DNA of 64,000 nucleotides from a virus (Duplodnaviria; Heunggongvirae; Uroviricota; Caudoviricetes): the IMG/VR virus record IMGVR_UViG_3300010218_000003, positions 2,124-66,123 of that record; one strand, 5' to 3'. Below are positions 1 to 9,440 of this stretch, one piece after another (the first letter of the stretch is position 1; every line of letters begins with the position of its first letter). The notes beneath the pieces were generated by a model. That model made no database searches. It saw only the letters and a program-made list of their open reading frames with translations, and was not told the origin of the DNA. Both the position numbers and the translations under genes were made by a program.

Positions 1-783
1 GATGGGGAGGACGACAGCCTTGGCATCGTCGCGGAGCGCTATAAGGTCGTTCAGAACGAAGATCTTTTCGGCTTCGGTGACGGCATCCTCGCTGGTGGTG
101 GCACGTGGGAGACTGCCGGTTCTATCAAGGATGGTACGCAGGTCTTCGGATCTCTGCGTATCGGCCGTGAGGTGCTGGTGGGTGACGAGGATGTCACGAA
201 CATGTATCTCCTCGTGAACACCTCTCACGACGGTTCCCTTGCGGTACAGGCGAGCGTCACTCCGGTCCGTGTCGTGTGTCAGAACACCCTGAACTTCGCA
301 CTCCGTAACGGTGTGAAGCAGACGTTCAAGATGCGCCACACTCAGACCATCGAGGGTCGCATGGCTGCCGCGCGTGAGGCGCTGAACATCACCTTCGCGT
401 ACGCGGATGAGTTCGAGCGTGAGATGAACGAACTGTTCCGCACTCAGTGCACGAAGGATCAGTTCGATGAGCTGATCAGCACGGTCTACGGTGAGCGTCC
501 GGCCGAGAACGTCAAGGGTTCTCAGGTCAAGTGGGAGAACAAGCGTGACCTGCTGATGGGCATCTTCACCGACACGGGCGACGGTCCCAAGACCACTCAG
601 TCTCTGGCCGGTACCATGGCCGGTGCGCTGAATGCTCTGACGGAGCGTCTGGACTGGTACCGCATGCCCCGTAAGGGCGAGGTTGACAACCTGTTCGCGG
701 CTGCGAGTGGCTTCGACCCGGTTATCAACTCCGAGAAGAACAAGATCCGTAAGGCTGTCCTGAGCATGTCTCTGGCTGCCTGA
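1..783 (+). CDS. DUF932/TIGR03299-like phage-plasmid protein (5' partial; frame open from nt 1)
   Basis: frame 1 open from window start to TGA 781-783; NSHDGS-containing region; plus-strand codon usage. Confidence 0.6.
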   Translation, partial: DGEDDSLGIVAERYKVVQNEDLFGFGDGILAGGGTWETAGSIKDGTQVFGSLRIGREVLVGDEDVTNMYLLVNTSHDGSLAVQASVTPVRVVCQNTLNFALRNGVKQTFKMRHTQTIEGRMAAAREALNITFAYADEFEREMNELFRTQCTKDQFDELISTVYGERPAENVKGSQVKWENKRDLLMGIFTDTGDGPKTTQSLAGTMAGALNALTERLDWYRMPRKGEVDNLFAAASGFDPVINSEKNKIRKAVLSMSLAA

Positions 784-785
784 GT

Positions 786-816
786 CAACGGCCCCCGCTT
801 CGGCGGGGGCTTTTGG
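786..816 (+). terminator. rho-independent terminator
   Basis: GCCCCCGC-TTCG-GCGGGGGC hairpin followed by TTTT directly after stop codon. Confidence 0.7.
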
Positions 817-893
817 CCGCCCCGGTTATTTTGGCCCGGTGGTAGACATGTCCCTTGTACTCTGTTAGACTAGTATCAACGAAGGGACAGAAC

Positions 894-1097
894 ATGACTC
901 GCACTGTGACTGTGATCGTTCTCGAAGAGGGTATCCGAAGGGAGCTGGAGTTCACAGGCATCATGGACAATGGCATCGAGTTCGATGTCAAGACTGGCAC
1001 TCTCACTCTGTGGGAGGAGAAGGGAAAGCTTCTGAACTCCCGTTGGGTCGTGCCGTTCGTCTCGCACTACAACGTCACTGACGAATTGCAGTGGTGA
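894..1097 (+). CDS. hypothetical protein (68 aa)
   Basis: ATG at 894 with GAAGGGA RBS 7 nt upstream; inside longer listed ORF 855..1097. Confidence 0.45.
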   Translation: MTRTVTVIVLEEGIRRELEFTGIMDNGIEFDVKTGTLTLWEEKGKLLNSRWVVPFVSHYNVTDELQW

Positions 1098-1431
1098 TTG
1101 ACACAGAGCAATGACCTTGTTACACTATTGTAGTGAGGTCATAAGGTGTGTTCCTGGGTCCCCTGTCAGTCCATTCGGGCAAGGGGTTAAATAGCAGAAG
1201 GTCGGCTGCAACCCAGGGACCTTTCAATTTCTAACCGCCCCGGTTCATTGCTTACCCTAACTAACATGATGACTGTACATCTAGATTTTGATTTGTCCGT
1301 CATGTCCGATTTTTCGCCCTTTACGATAGGGGCCAAAATCCCCGGAAGATCTTGAAGCGCATTTACGAATGGGCCGAAATTCCCCGGATGATTTTCAATT
1401 TCAAATTCAAGACAGTTAGTTCGGTCTGTCT

Positions 1432-1605
1432 TATATAAGACATGAAACAAAGCCTCCCGTCTTTATTGGGAGGCTTCTTCTGTTTTACGATATAAGACAT
1501 AGGATACACAAGGATGATTGGCCGGTGGCATTAGGTGTCCTTGTACTATATAAGACATAGAGAACCAACCAATACTCCACCGGGTCAATTCTACATATAA
1601 GACAT
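1432..1605. repeat. four direct repeats (T)ATATAAGACAT(A)G spaced ~57 bp (iteron-like)
   Basis: copies at 1432, 1489, 1547, 1595; noncoding region. Confidence 0.7.
1449..1490 (+). terminator. hairpin plus T-rich tail (possible terminator)
   Basis: GCCTCCC-N9-GGGAGGC followed by TTCTTCTGTTTT. Confidence 0.45.
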
Positions 1606-2261
1606 AGCACAATCAATCTGTCTTGGCTGACTAAGCAGGCTGTATAGCCATGGCTGCATAATCTGGCTGTCTATCATGGCTGACTTACGAATTGAAGGCA
1701 AAATAGGCATGCATGGCTATGATTCTAAGGTTTATCTGGCATGCCCTTTACGAATGCATCAAAAAATGTGCAGAAATGCTGTGTTTTCGCAGGTTTTGGG
1801 CCGATTATTGCCAGTTTTCATAGGTTTTGGGGCTATTTTTGATTGTTTTAAGAGGCCGTCTGAGCCCTTGAATCGACATTTTATTAGGCTGGCTGCATAT
1901 GTTGGCTGTGAATCGAAGGCTGGAACCCCATTCTGACCTTAGAAATGAAGATATGGCTTACGATCTGCCTTCGATTTCCTGCACCATTACACACTAACTT
2001 TTCGTTAGTATCTCTATATCAAGATAATTACTAATCTCAGAAAGTTATCCACAGGTAAGCACACAGGTTGTGGATAACTATGTCTCGATGTCAAGATACT
2101 TTGATGATTCAAGCCTGCTACAGCACTGTTCATACGTCTTCTATCAAGGCTTCTGACGTGTCTACGTTCGCTTCTCGTAATGCTTTAATTGATTGGTGTC
2201 TCTGAGCACCATGTCTTTATTACAAAGGCATACAGAGGTTTCTGTCTGCTCTGTCTTATCT

Positions 2262-2300
2262 ATCTAGTCTTATATGGTTATGTCTTATGAGTCTTATATG
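2262..2300. repeat. three inverted copies (GTCTTATAT/GTCTTATGA) of the 1432-1605 repeat motif
   Basis: reverse complement of ATATAAGAC present 3x within 40 bp. Confidence 0.6.
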
Positions 2301-2330
2301 TATGAGGGAACTCTGACCACCGGGCTTTTT

Positions 2331-2389
2331 CTGACTAAAAATCCATCGAACTGATTCGTGACTAAAAAATCGGACTCTGACTAAAAATT
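2331..2389. repeat. three direct repeats (C/G)TGACTAAAAAT
   Basis: copies at 2331, 2358, 2377. Confidence 0.65.
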
Positions 2390-2402
2390 CAGCAAAACGG
2401 AA

Positions 2403-2428
2403 AAGGACTACCAAATCGGTAGTCCTCG
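2403..2428 (-). terminator. rho-independent terminator for minus-strand block
   Basis: GGACTACC-N5-GGTAGTCC hairpin followed by TTTT on minus strand, just past stop of ORF 2444..2722. Confidence 0.55.
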
Positions 2429-2443
2429 TCCTCATCCCAGTCG

Positions 2444-2722
2444 TCAGTCAAGACCACTTCTCCGAACCACATCTCTAAACCGGGAGGCATTACTAGTAGC
2501 ACTTCCATATAGCTCCTCGTCCTTACTCTCATTGAAAGAAGGATCAAATCGTGATGCCCACGCTAGCCAGTCTGTATTTTCCATTATGCAGCAGAGTACA
2601 CATTGCTTCTGTGGTCTAGTTGCAAGGGCTGCTCTTATATGGTCTGCTTCATGGTGTCTACCTGCTTTACGATGGACTTCCATACGCCGGGCCAAATATC
2701 GCCAGGCCATTTTCTCCAGCAT
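2444..2722 (-). CDS. hypothetical protein
   Basis: ORF track; adjacent to 2723..2959 in minus block. Confidence 0.45.
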   Translation of the reverse strand: MLEKMAWRYLARRMEVHRKAGRHHEADHIRAALATRPQKQCVLCCIMENTDWLAWASRFDPSFNESKDEELYGSATSNASRFRDVVRRSGLD

Positions 2723-2959
2723 TCATTCCCCTTGAAATGCTGAATCATCTAGATCTTCAATGCTCTCGTTGCCTGGCAATTCGTATTCGAACCGGCTACT
2801 CACATTCGCTTCATTGAAGGAGTCCTTGATGAACTCAGCTTTGAATTCGGATGAATGGCGGAAGACTACTTTGTCAACCTTAGTATCAAGGATGCACCAG
2901 TTGTAGCCTTCCACCACCCGGCCTCTTTTAAGAGGCTCCTTTACGATTGTATATCTCAT
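2723..2959 (-). CDS. hypothetical protein
   Basis: ORF track; tiles minus-strand block. Confidence 0.45.
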   Translation of the reverse strand: MRYTIVKEPLKRGRVVEGYNWCILDTKVDKVVFRHSSEFKAEFIKDSFNEANVSSRFEYELPGNESIEDLDDSAFQGE

Positions 2960-2994
2960 AATGTTCTTATGCTAGATCAGAACACATGGATTTG

Positions 2995-3429
2995 TCAATC
3001 AGTCTCTTCTGGTCCGCCGTTCAGACGCTCTAGATCCTTGCGAATTGCCTCGTTGCATTCTTCTGAATCACAGAAGTAACCGTGAAAGTCAATGTCAATT
3101 CTGTTTGTCAGCTTCCTGCACATGAAACATTCGCCAGGCTCATCGGAATGCATACCGCTTGGATCGTACCAGTAGGTTCCGTAACCATCGCGCATTGGGT
3201 ATTCATTGTGTCGAATGTCCACTGCCATGTCCTGTGCCTCTCTGAATGCATTGAAGGAATTAGCAGCGCTCTCCGCCACCGGGCCTAATTGTTGCATTCG
3301 CTGTCGTAGCTGTGAGAACTCACCAGCCACCCGTTCCCATTGTGCCTGAGCTAGCCGGAAGTCGTCCTCAGACAGATATCCAGCTAGCTCCCAATCACTC
3401 TCCCGCCAGCTTTGCACGGTTACCAGCAT
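2995..3429 (-). CDS. hypothetical Cys-rich protein
   Basis: ORF track 144 aa; CxxC...C..EEC motifs. Confidence 0.55.
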   Translation of the reverse strand: MLVTVQSWRESDWELAGYLSEDDFRLAQAQWERVAGEFSQLRQRMQQLGPVAESAANSFNAFREAQDMAVDIRHNEYPMRDGYGTYWYDPSGMHSDEPGECFMCRKLTNRIDIDFHGYFCDSEECNEAIRKDLERLNGGPEETD

Positions 3430-3892
3430 CCTCCAGGATCTTTAGAATCTCTGCAAGGGTACGGCGAGGATCGTTGTTCCAGTAAATGAAATTGTACTTC
3501 TGCGCATCGCCATTCTTCCGACGAACTTCATCGTGAAGCCACTGAGCGGCAATGTCGCCGTCTTCCTGATGGAAATAGCCCTTACGATAGAGCCACACCA
3601 TTGCGCCACGAAGACACAGCCTTCCTTCATCGTCCCGAAGAACTCCCTGTGCCCATCCCATCTTCCAGATGGCTGCACGCATTGCAAGAAGGATCTGTGA
3701 AGGAACGAGCTGTCCCTTCTTTCTCTTAATCTTACCGACCCGCACAGAGGCGATAGAAGCTGTGCCAGGATCACCCTTGCTCTTGTTACTCTTAGCAAGA
3801 TCCTTTGCATAGCCTTCGACAAGACCCTTGAATCTGTTTGAGATCTCACCATCAGTCATGCGAGCGAGATCAGTCATCAGTGCCATTAGCAC
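3395..3892 (-). CDS. hypothetical protein
   Basis: ORF track 165 aa. Confidence 0.55.
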   Translation of the reverse strand: MLMALMTDLARMTDGEISNRFKGLVEGYAKDLAKSNKSKGDPGTASIASVRVGKIKRKKGQLVPSQILLAMRAAIWKMGWAQGVLRDDEGRLCLRGAMVWLYRKGYFHQEDGDIAAQWLHDEVRRKNGDAQKYNFIYWNNDPRRTLAEILKILEDAGNRAKLAGE

Positions 3893-3895
3893 CTC

Positions 3896-4393
3896 TCAGA
3901 ATTTGATTGAATCCATCTCTGACCAGTAGTAGAAGCCTCTTAGTTCCATTAGTATAGAACCAAGGACATTACCACCCTTACCGTTACACCGGCCCCAGAA
4001 TGTATCTCCCCAGTCATTACCTTCGACTAGCAAAGCTGCACCTGTTGCCATGAGCTTAATCTTTAGATCCTCGTTCTGATCGAACTTAGCTCTTACGGTG
4101 TCTCTCATACAACGTACCTTGATTTGCTCCCACTTGTCAAGGTCAATGTCTACCTGCTTGCCAAGCTTCTTAGTCTCACCGGGCGTTTCACAATCAAGAA
4201 TAGCAGCGATGTATGCGTACTGCTCTTGCTGAGTGCCAGTCATCGCACGATACTTTGACGCCTGAAAGGCAGCTTCATTAGTCTTGAATGTCAGATTGCC
4301 CAGCTTTACGGGGGCTGAATAGAAATTGGAGAGGTAGTAATCCTCACCAACGAACTTCACGATTGGACTTGTTCTCACGTTCACGCCTCTCAC
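3896..4393 (-). CDS. NADAR/YbiA-like (DUF1768) protein
   Basis: 165 aa; GTG start; YbiA/NADAR-like motifs (EAAFQASKY..., GND/W..FWG). Confidence 0.55.
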   Translation of the reverse strand: MRGVNVRTSPIVKFVGEDYYLSNFYSAPVKLGNLTFKTNEAAFQASKYRAMTGTQQEQYAYIAAILDCETPGETKKLGKQVDIDLDKWEQIKVRCMRDTVRAKFDQNEDLKIKLMATGAALLVEGNDWGDTFWGRCNGKGGNVLGSILMELRGFYYWSEMDSIKF

Positions 4394-4770
4394 TGACTAC
4401 GTAGAACCACCTGCAAATAAAAAGAATTAGAAGGAGCCATACTATGACCCCTCCTATTAAAACAATTCTCATGCCATCATTCCGAAGAACCATGCAGCCC
4501 TGTGGGCTACACTACAGAAGAACAGTCGTCGCATCTTGTCACCGAATGTTTCGAAACAGATACTTTCGTCGCATTCCCCACCACACGCAGCACACGTCAT
4601 ATGATCATCCCCTTCGATCAGTAATGTGGCTTGTCAACTCATATGAGTAGTGACCGATGGCCACTCCGACAACGCCTAGAATCAAACCAATTACCTGTGC
4701 TATGTAAACGTTCATGGTTAAACGATACTCTCGTGCTGGTTATCTGTCAAGGTACGGCAAAGGCCGCTGA

Positions 4771-5073
4771 TTACTCAGCGGCCAGTTCCGTCCTTAGAGC
4801 TAGGATGGTACGGCCCTTTAGTTCTCGCGTAGGTTCGCCGTTGACGAATTCATAAATGCGCGGTACTGACATGACATCGTACGTAATCCTAATTGCCTCG
4901 GCCTCGTCAATGTCCACATAAACGACAGGATAGTCAAGCTCCTCGCTTAGTGCTATGACATGCGGCGCAAGTGCACGACAAGGCGCACACCACGCCGGGG
5001 CAGAGAAAACAACTAGTGCTCTTTCCTTTACCTGCTCCTCCAGATTTGGAAGAGAGGCAACATTAACTAGAAT
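4771..5073 (-). CDS. thioredoxin-like protein (no canonical start codon found)
   Basis: manual translation ...VVFSAPWCAPCRAL...; stop-to-stop frame 5076-4771; no in-frame ATG/GTG/TTG near 5' end. Confidence 0.5.
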   Translation of the reverse strand: MLVNVASLPNLEEQVKERALVVFSAPAWCAPCRALAPHVIALSEELDYPVVYVDIDEAEAIRITYDVMSVPRIYEFVNGEPTRELKGRTILALRTELAAE

Positions 5074-5076
5074 TGC

Positions 5077-5496
5077 TTACCTCCTCATTGCTCGGAATGA
5101 CGGAGCAAGGCGCTCAACAGCCTTAGCAATGTCTTCCGGATTTCCATTGACGTAAATGTTAACAGTCACATTCACATCGCCGGACTTCTCTTCGACAGAG
5201 TTGAACTCAGGATGCATCTCAAGAGGCTTCTTGTCCTGTAGTTTGTAGAACTTAACTCTGTCACCCCAGCCCTGTGAATTGTACTGCCCCTTGATGTATC
5301 GGTTGTAGTAAACTCCAACACTCAGGGCAGAATGCAGACGATTGAACTCGTCCTCACTCACACCGCTGTAAACCTGTACATCTCCACGATTGAAAAGAAC
5401 AGCAAGCTTCTGCTCGTCCTTATTGAAGTAGACACCCTCAATGACGCTGCTGTTTGCAGTGAAGTGACTGGTGTATGGGAACTCGTACTGATTCAT
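5077..5496 (-). CDS. hypothetical protein
   Basis: ORF track 139 aa. Confidence 0.55.
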   Translation of the reverse strand: MNQYEFPYTSHFTANSSVIEGVYFNKDEQKLAVLFNRGDVQVYSGVSEDEFNRLHSALSVGVYYNRYIKGQYNSQGWGDRVKFYKLQDKKPLEMHPEFNSVEEKSGDVNVTVNIYVNGNPEDIAKAVERLAPSFRAMRR

Positions 5497-5517
5497 TTAA
5501 TTCCTTCGTAGATGGCT

Positions 5518-5790
5518 TTACGGAGTCTGTTGATCAGCGTCCGCATTTTCTTCTTCAATTGTTCCATGATGAGCATAAACGTCTAGCTTGCCCTCCGCAT
5601 CCTTTACGACAATCAGACGACCAACGTAAACCCATGTACCCACCGGCTCATCCTTGAGTTTACCTTTGATCTTATCCAGAGTGTCTTCTAGATCGCGGAC
5701 TGTTGGCTTCTTAAGCCTTCCGTTTACTCTCCAGCGATACTGCTTTTCATCAAACAGCTTTCGCAATTCCTGAGCAAGTTCGATCACCAT
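5518..5790 (-). CDS. hypothetical protein
   Basis: ORF track 90 aa. Confidence 0.5.
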   Translation of the reverse strand: MVIELAQELRKLFDEKQYRWRVNGRLKKPTVRDLEDTLDKIKGKLKDEPVGTWVYVGRLIVVKDAEGKLDVYAHHGTIEEENADADQQTP

Positions 5791-5993
5791 TCACCATGTC
5801 TCTCAAGGTACATAGCGACAGCATCATGAAGTTGTGCTGATACGATGAACGCCTGCTTTGTGTAGTGATCTGGATCTTCGATCTGCTCTGTCAAAATGGA
5901 GAGGAGCAGTCCGAAACCCTTATTAAGACTGGCAATTGCCGCCTTGTCTGAGTCTAGAACTGCCCCTTCCACAGTAAGTCTGTATTCGTCCAT
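5784..5993 (-). CDS. hypothetical protein
   Basis: ORF track 69 aa. Confidence 0.45.
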   Translation of the reverse strand: MDEYRLTVEGAVLDSDKAAIASLNKGFGLLLSILTEQIEDPDHYTKQAFIVSAQLHDAVAMYLERHGEW

Positions 5994-6230
5994 GTCTTCC
6001 TTTCAACTACCTCTATAGTAGTTGATTAACTGACCACCGTCAAGCTGTTTAGTGGCCAGACAAACTTGTTCATGCCGTTTCCATCGGGCCTAGGGCTTAA
6101 TGGAGAAAGCCATACGAGGTCTTGTCCCCTCTTATTTAGAACCTTTGCCCTAAAGCCGTTCCATGGCCCCTCGTGGTACAACTCTACGGTGCTGTTGCCA
6201 TAGATGGTGTTGCCCGCCATGTCCTTCAAA

Positions 6231-6476
6231 TTACGCCCTCTTCTCGTGAAGGTGGAGATACTGAGTCGGAATGTAAACAATTCGCTGGTCATAGTCTGCT
6301 GGCCTGCTCTGCTCAATTGAAAGAAGAACTGTGCCATCAGGAAGAGGAACACTCATCACCATACAGATGACATTGTTCCACTTCTTAAGGTTGCGAGGTG
6401 CACCCTTAATCTTGACGTAATCGACCTTGTTTACAGGCTTGCCCTTGGGATCATTGAAGCTGAACTGTACAGCCAT
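6231..6476 (-). CDS. hypothetical protein
   Basis: ORF track 81 aa. Confidence 0.45.
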   Translation of the reverse strand: MAVQFSFNDPKGKPVNKVDYVKIKGAPRNLKKWNNVICMVMSVPLPDGTVLLSIEQSRPADYDQRIVYIPTQYLHLHEKRA

Positions 6477-6661
6477 TACTTCCTCTTCGCTCGCTTGGCG
6501 TCCTCACGGGACTTGGTCAGGTCTCTGATGAAATTGTCACAGTCAATGTCATCAACTGTGAATGAACTTAGCAATCTTCCCTTGAAGTAAAGTTCAATGG
6601 TGACGTGGCCTTCATTTCCCCACGCGAATCTATATTTGTCAAACCTCATTTGACCTCCCAT
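6476..6661 (-). CDS. hypothetical protein
   Basis: ORF track 61 aa; ATGA overlap with upstream gene. Confidence 0.45.
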   Translation of the reverse strand: MGGQMRFDKYRFAWGNEGHVTIELYFKGRLLSSFTVDDIDCDNFIRDLTKSREDAKRAKRK

Positions 6662-6667
6662 AGAAAG

Positions 6668-6747
6668 CTCCCCAGGTAGGATTCGAACCTACGTCGCTAA
6701 TCCTGATTCAAAGTCAGGCGGCCCCTGCCAAACAGAGCAACTGGGGA
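6668..6747 (-). tRNA. tRNA-Gln (anticodon TTG)
   Basis: acceptor TCCCCAG/CTGGGGA, anticodon loop CTTTGAA, T-arm GTAGG-TTCGAAT-CCTAC; fills intergenic gap. Confidence 0.75.
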
Positions 6748-6768
6748 ATAGCCCCGAAGGGCACTGGA

Positions 6769-7212
6769 TCAATCAGTCATCAGACTTTCAAGAGTCCAGA
6801 AGAACTCGTTGGAATCAATGTCAATTCCATCAGGCCGAGGTCCGTCGAGCTTAATCCGAACCTTGTCGTTGACGGGCTTACGAGTCGTACGACCAGTGAG
6901 ACCCTGCCACTTCTCAAGATAGGGGTTCTTGTGCAACTCTTCGTAAGTATTGACAATCATCACCCGCGTACCAACGGGCATTGATTCATTAACCTTTTCT
7001 GGTGTAGTGGCACCATCGATAACCATCTGAGTACGCTTCCAGAAGAACGGTGAACGCTTGAATCCATCAGGACGATCACTCTCAGGCTTCACCCAGACAT
7101 ACCCATTTCTGAATTCGTCAGGCTCAACGACTTCACATCGAATACCTGCCCATCCCGCTCCAGCGTCAGGATCGTTCTTGAGAATGACGATGCTACCAAC
7201 TTCGAGATTCAT
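6769..7212 (-). CDS. hypothetical protein
   Basis: ORF track 147 aa. Confidence 0.55.
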   Translation of the reverse strand: MNLEVGSIVILKNDPDAGAGWAGIRCEVVEPDEFRNGYVWVKPESDRPDGFKRSPFFWKRTQMVIDGATTPEKVNESMPVGTRVMIVNTYEELHKNPYLEKWQGLTGRTTRKPVNDKVRIKLDGPRPDGIDIDSNEFFWTLESLMTD

Positions 7213-7222
7213 TTTGCCTCCA

Positions 7223-7438
7223 TCAAGTGGCTTCGTTACAAGGATACTCTCTGCATCGCTCGATTGTCAACGTGCCCTGCGGATGCAGCAGCTCGTGAAA
7301 TTTCTGAGCAATGGAGAAGTCGAGACCGATCGCCTCTGCCCTCTGCCTTACATGTTCATCATACTCGCCGTCGCGTAGTGCGTCAAGGAAGCCTTCCTCG
7401 AATTCCTCTTCATCTACCCATACTTCGATGTAACCCAT
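7223..7438 (-). CDS. hypothetical protein
   Basis: ORF track 71 aa. Confidence 0.45.
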   Translation of the reverse strand: MGYIEVWVDEEEFEEGFLDALRDGEYDEHVRQRAEAIGLDFSIAQKFHELLHPQGTLTIERCREYPCNEAT

Positions 7439-7441
7439 TGA

Positions 7442-7633
7442 TCATCCGATCTCGTCTGTGAAGTCTAGTAGACTCCATCCCTTTACTTCAAGTGATTGCT
7501 TGTATTGCTTGCCATGATGCCCGCAGAACAGAAGAACAAGATCTTCCTTCTCTGCAATTACGAATGCTTGAGCGCCGCACTTATCGCAACGATCTTCTGT
7601 CTTATTCAGCGGACGTTCCGCAACTGTTTGCAT
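7442..7633 (-). CDS. hypothetical zinc-ribbon protein
   Basis: 63 aa; CDKC...CGHH. Confidence 0.45.
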   Translation of the reverse strand: MQTVAERPLNKTEDRCDKCGAQAFVIAEKEDLVLLFCGHHGKQYKQSLEVKGWSLLDFTDEIG

Positions 7634-7664
7634 AGTGCTCCTTACTTAGCACAACACCCCTAGC

Positions 7665-7967
7665 TTATGGGCCAGGGGGTTGATTGTTTTGTAGCTGCCT
7701 CATGGCTGCTTCTAGTTCACTCTTTACCTTGATGAAGTTGTCCATCAATTCGTAATACTTTCCACGCCACTTGTCTAGGTCGGCTTCAACATTGTTCAGC
7801 TCTTGCTTTAGACCCTGAATCTCGGTCCTTAGTTCACTTCTGAGCTGAGCGGCAGTATCGTCCCGAACCTTGCTACGACTGAGCCAGTGTTCGACAAACT
7901 TAAGTCCAACCCCACCCAGCACTGTACCAATCAAGGCAATCCAAGCCGTAGTAATCTCGGGCATCAT
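7665..7967 (-). CDS. membrane/coiled-coil protein
   Basis: 100 aa; N-terminal TM then coiled coil. Confidence 0.5.
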   Translation of the reverse strand: MMPEITTAWIALIGTVLGGVGLKFVEHWLSRSKVRDDTAAQLRSELRTEIQGLKQELNNVEADLDKWRGKYYELMDNFIKVKSELEAAMRQLQNNQPPGP

Positions 7968-8371
7968 CTCAGCAACCTTATCCTAAAGTATAGGAATGCC
8001 ACGATGAGCATAAGAGTAAGGCTGAATACCCATGTTAGAGGTACAAACCCAATTGTTAGCCATCTGAGCAATGTCATGAATCCATAGCTCAATGATGCCA
8101 TAAATAGACCAGTTGCCTCTAGTGTTCGCTTCGCTCTCTTAGCACCGGCCATAATAGCCAGCGCCGTTGAAGCATAGAAGGCACCAATAATCATTCTCAC
8201 GTAGGTTGAATCAATTGCCTGTCCCAAAGGTGTCGTGGCACTAGGCTGATACAACCAACTCATCGTATACAATCCGGAGACCAAAAGACCAACAGCTATT
8301 ATCACCTCGATAATCACGAGGGGATGGGCGTAAGCCTTGACTAGAACTGCTGATATCTTGGACATATGCAA
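7964..8371 (-). CDS. integral membrane protein
   Basis: 135 aa; several hydrophobic helices. Confidence 0.55.
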   Translation of the reverse strand: MHMSKISAVLVKAYAHPLVIIEVIIAVGLLVSGLYTMSWLYQPSATTPLGQAIDSTYVRMIIGAFYASTALAIMAGAKRAKRTLEATGLFMASLSYGFMTLLRWLTIGFVPLTWVFSLTLMLIVAFLYFRIRLLR

Positions 8372-8396
8372 ATTGTAATCATTGATGAGTTAAAAG

Positions 8397-8645
8397 TCAA
8401 TCAATCAAGTCTTCAACAGCTTCCGCAACTTCCTGTGCGAGCCAAATCTCAGTCTCAGTGAGTGTTGTCATTCTTTTAACTTGATACCTATTAATGTATA
8501 GGCGCAAAAATTGGGCCTTTTCAGCGGCACCAGAGATCTCTTCTGGAGTTGCTTCTGATCTTAGCACAAGCTTAATGGTGATCCAGATGCTCTTCGTAAG
8601 ATCCTTTATGCATTCTGCTGTTGAATACTCGTCATCAAAGTACAT
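8397..8645 (-). CDS. hypothetical protein
   Basis: ORF track 82 aa. Confidence 0.45.
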   Translation of the reverse strand: MYFDDEYSTAECIKDLTKSIWITIKLVLRSEATPEEISGAAEKAQFLRLYINRYQVKRMTTLTETEIWLAQEVAEAVEDLID

Positions 8646-8672
8646 TATCCTCCCGTCAAGGGGATTTTATTG

Positions 8673-8728
8673 CGGCCGGTAGGGATTCGAACCCCATAGT
8701 TCCCTAGTCTTGGCTAGTATACCCGGCC
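8673..8728 (-). ncRNA. minimal tRNA-like element (acceptor GGCCGG/CCGGCC + CTAG hairpin + T-arm, no anticodon arm)
   Basis: minus strand TGGGG-TTCGAAT-CCCTA T-arm; exactly fills 8646-8735 intergenic gap. Confidence 0.35.
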
Positions 8729-8735
8729 TGATGGC

Positions 8736-8966
8736 TTAATTCAAATGGTCCTCTGTGATGGCTCCACCGACGTAAAGCTCATTATCTAGCCATCTGCTTA
8801 CGTCGGTGCCTGAACGAGCCATCAGAATTATAAGCCACCTAGGCTCTCGTTCGTTTGCCGCACATTCGGAGCAAACCACGAAATCCATATCTGGATTCAG
8901 CCGTGACTTGTAATTCACCAGTGAATTTCTCTGCTTGTCACAGATCTGACAAACCAGTTCGCTCAC
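8736..8966 (-). CDS. zinc-ribbon protein
   Basis: 76 aa; CQIC...CSEC. Confidence 0.45.
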   Translation of the reverse strand: MSELVCQICDKQRNSLVNYKSRLNPDMDFVVCSECAANEREPRWLIILMARSGTDVSRWLDNELYVGGAITEDHLN

Positions 8967-9101
8967 TCCTCTTCATATCCAATCTCTCCAATGACCTCAA
9001 GGTCATCGTTTTCGAAATACTCGTTGAACTCAATTCCGCCTACAGAATACTGAACCTTACACATATAGCTGTGTACCTCAGTGATTATTCCGTAGACACC
9101 T

Positions 9102-9440
9102 TCACTGACTACCAGAACCACTTGGCTTTCCCGGTGCATCATGGACCTCCAAAATACAGTTTACACCAAGAGAACGGATCTTTTTAATCAGGTCGCTGAT
9201 CTGCTCGGTGATCAACATCCTGTTATGTTCAGAAAGGTGATCGAAGGTACTGCTGTAGGCTCTCAGAGCGAAGTTAGGAACGTCATGCTGCGTTGCAGGG
9301 TATTGAACAAGGTCACATGTGAATCCTGTGCCAGGCTCAAACCTGAATTCCCTGAACGCCTTTCTGGCGTTGTCTATGGCCATGAGTGCAAAGGCGTTCT
9401 CTACACTCATTCGCTCAGCCTCTCCTTGATTCTTTCCCAT
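9102..9440 (-). CDS. hypothetical protein
   Basis: ORF track 112 aa. Confidence 0.45.
   Translation of the reverse strand: MGKNQGEAERMSVENAFALMAIDNARKAFREFRFEPGTGFTCDLVQYPATQHDVPNFALRAYSSTFDHLSEHNRMLITEQISDLIKKIRSLGVNCILEVHDAPGKPSGSGSQ

Noticed and set aside
3442-3852. Alternative-frame minus-strand ORF (136 aa) inside the 3395..3892 gene
   Set aside because: Nested in a different frame of a longer ORF, with an Arg/Ser-rich low-complexity translation.
4444-4650. Plus-strand ORF with strong AAGGAG RBS inside the minus-strand block (Arg/His-rich 68 aa)
   Set aside because: Antisense to two plausible small minus-strand ORFs (Cys-rich 43 aa and membrane 36 aa). Low-complexity basic translation. 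Kept only as a possibility.
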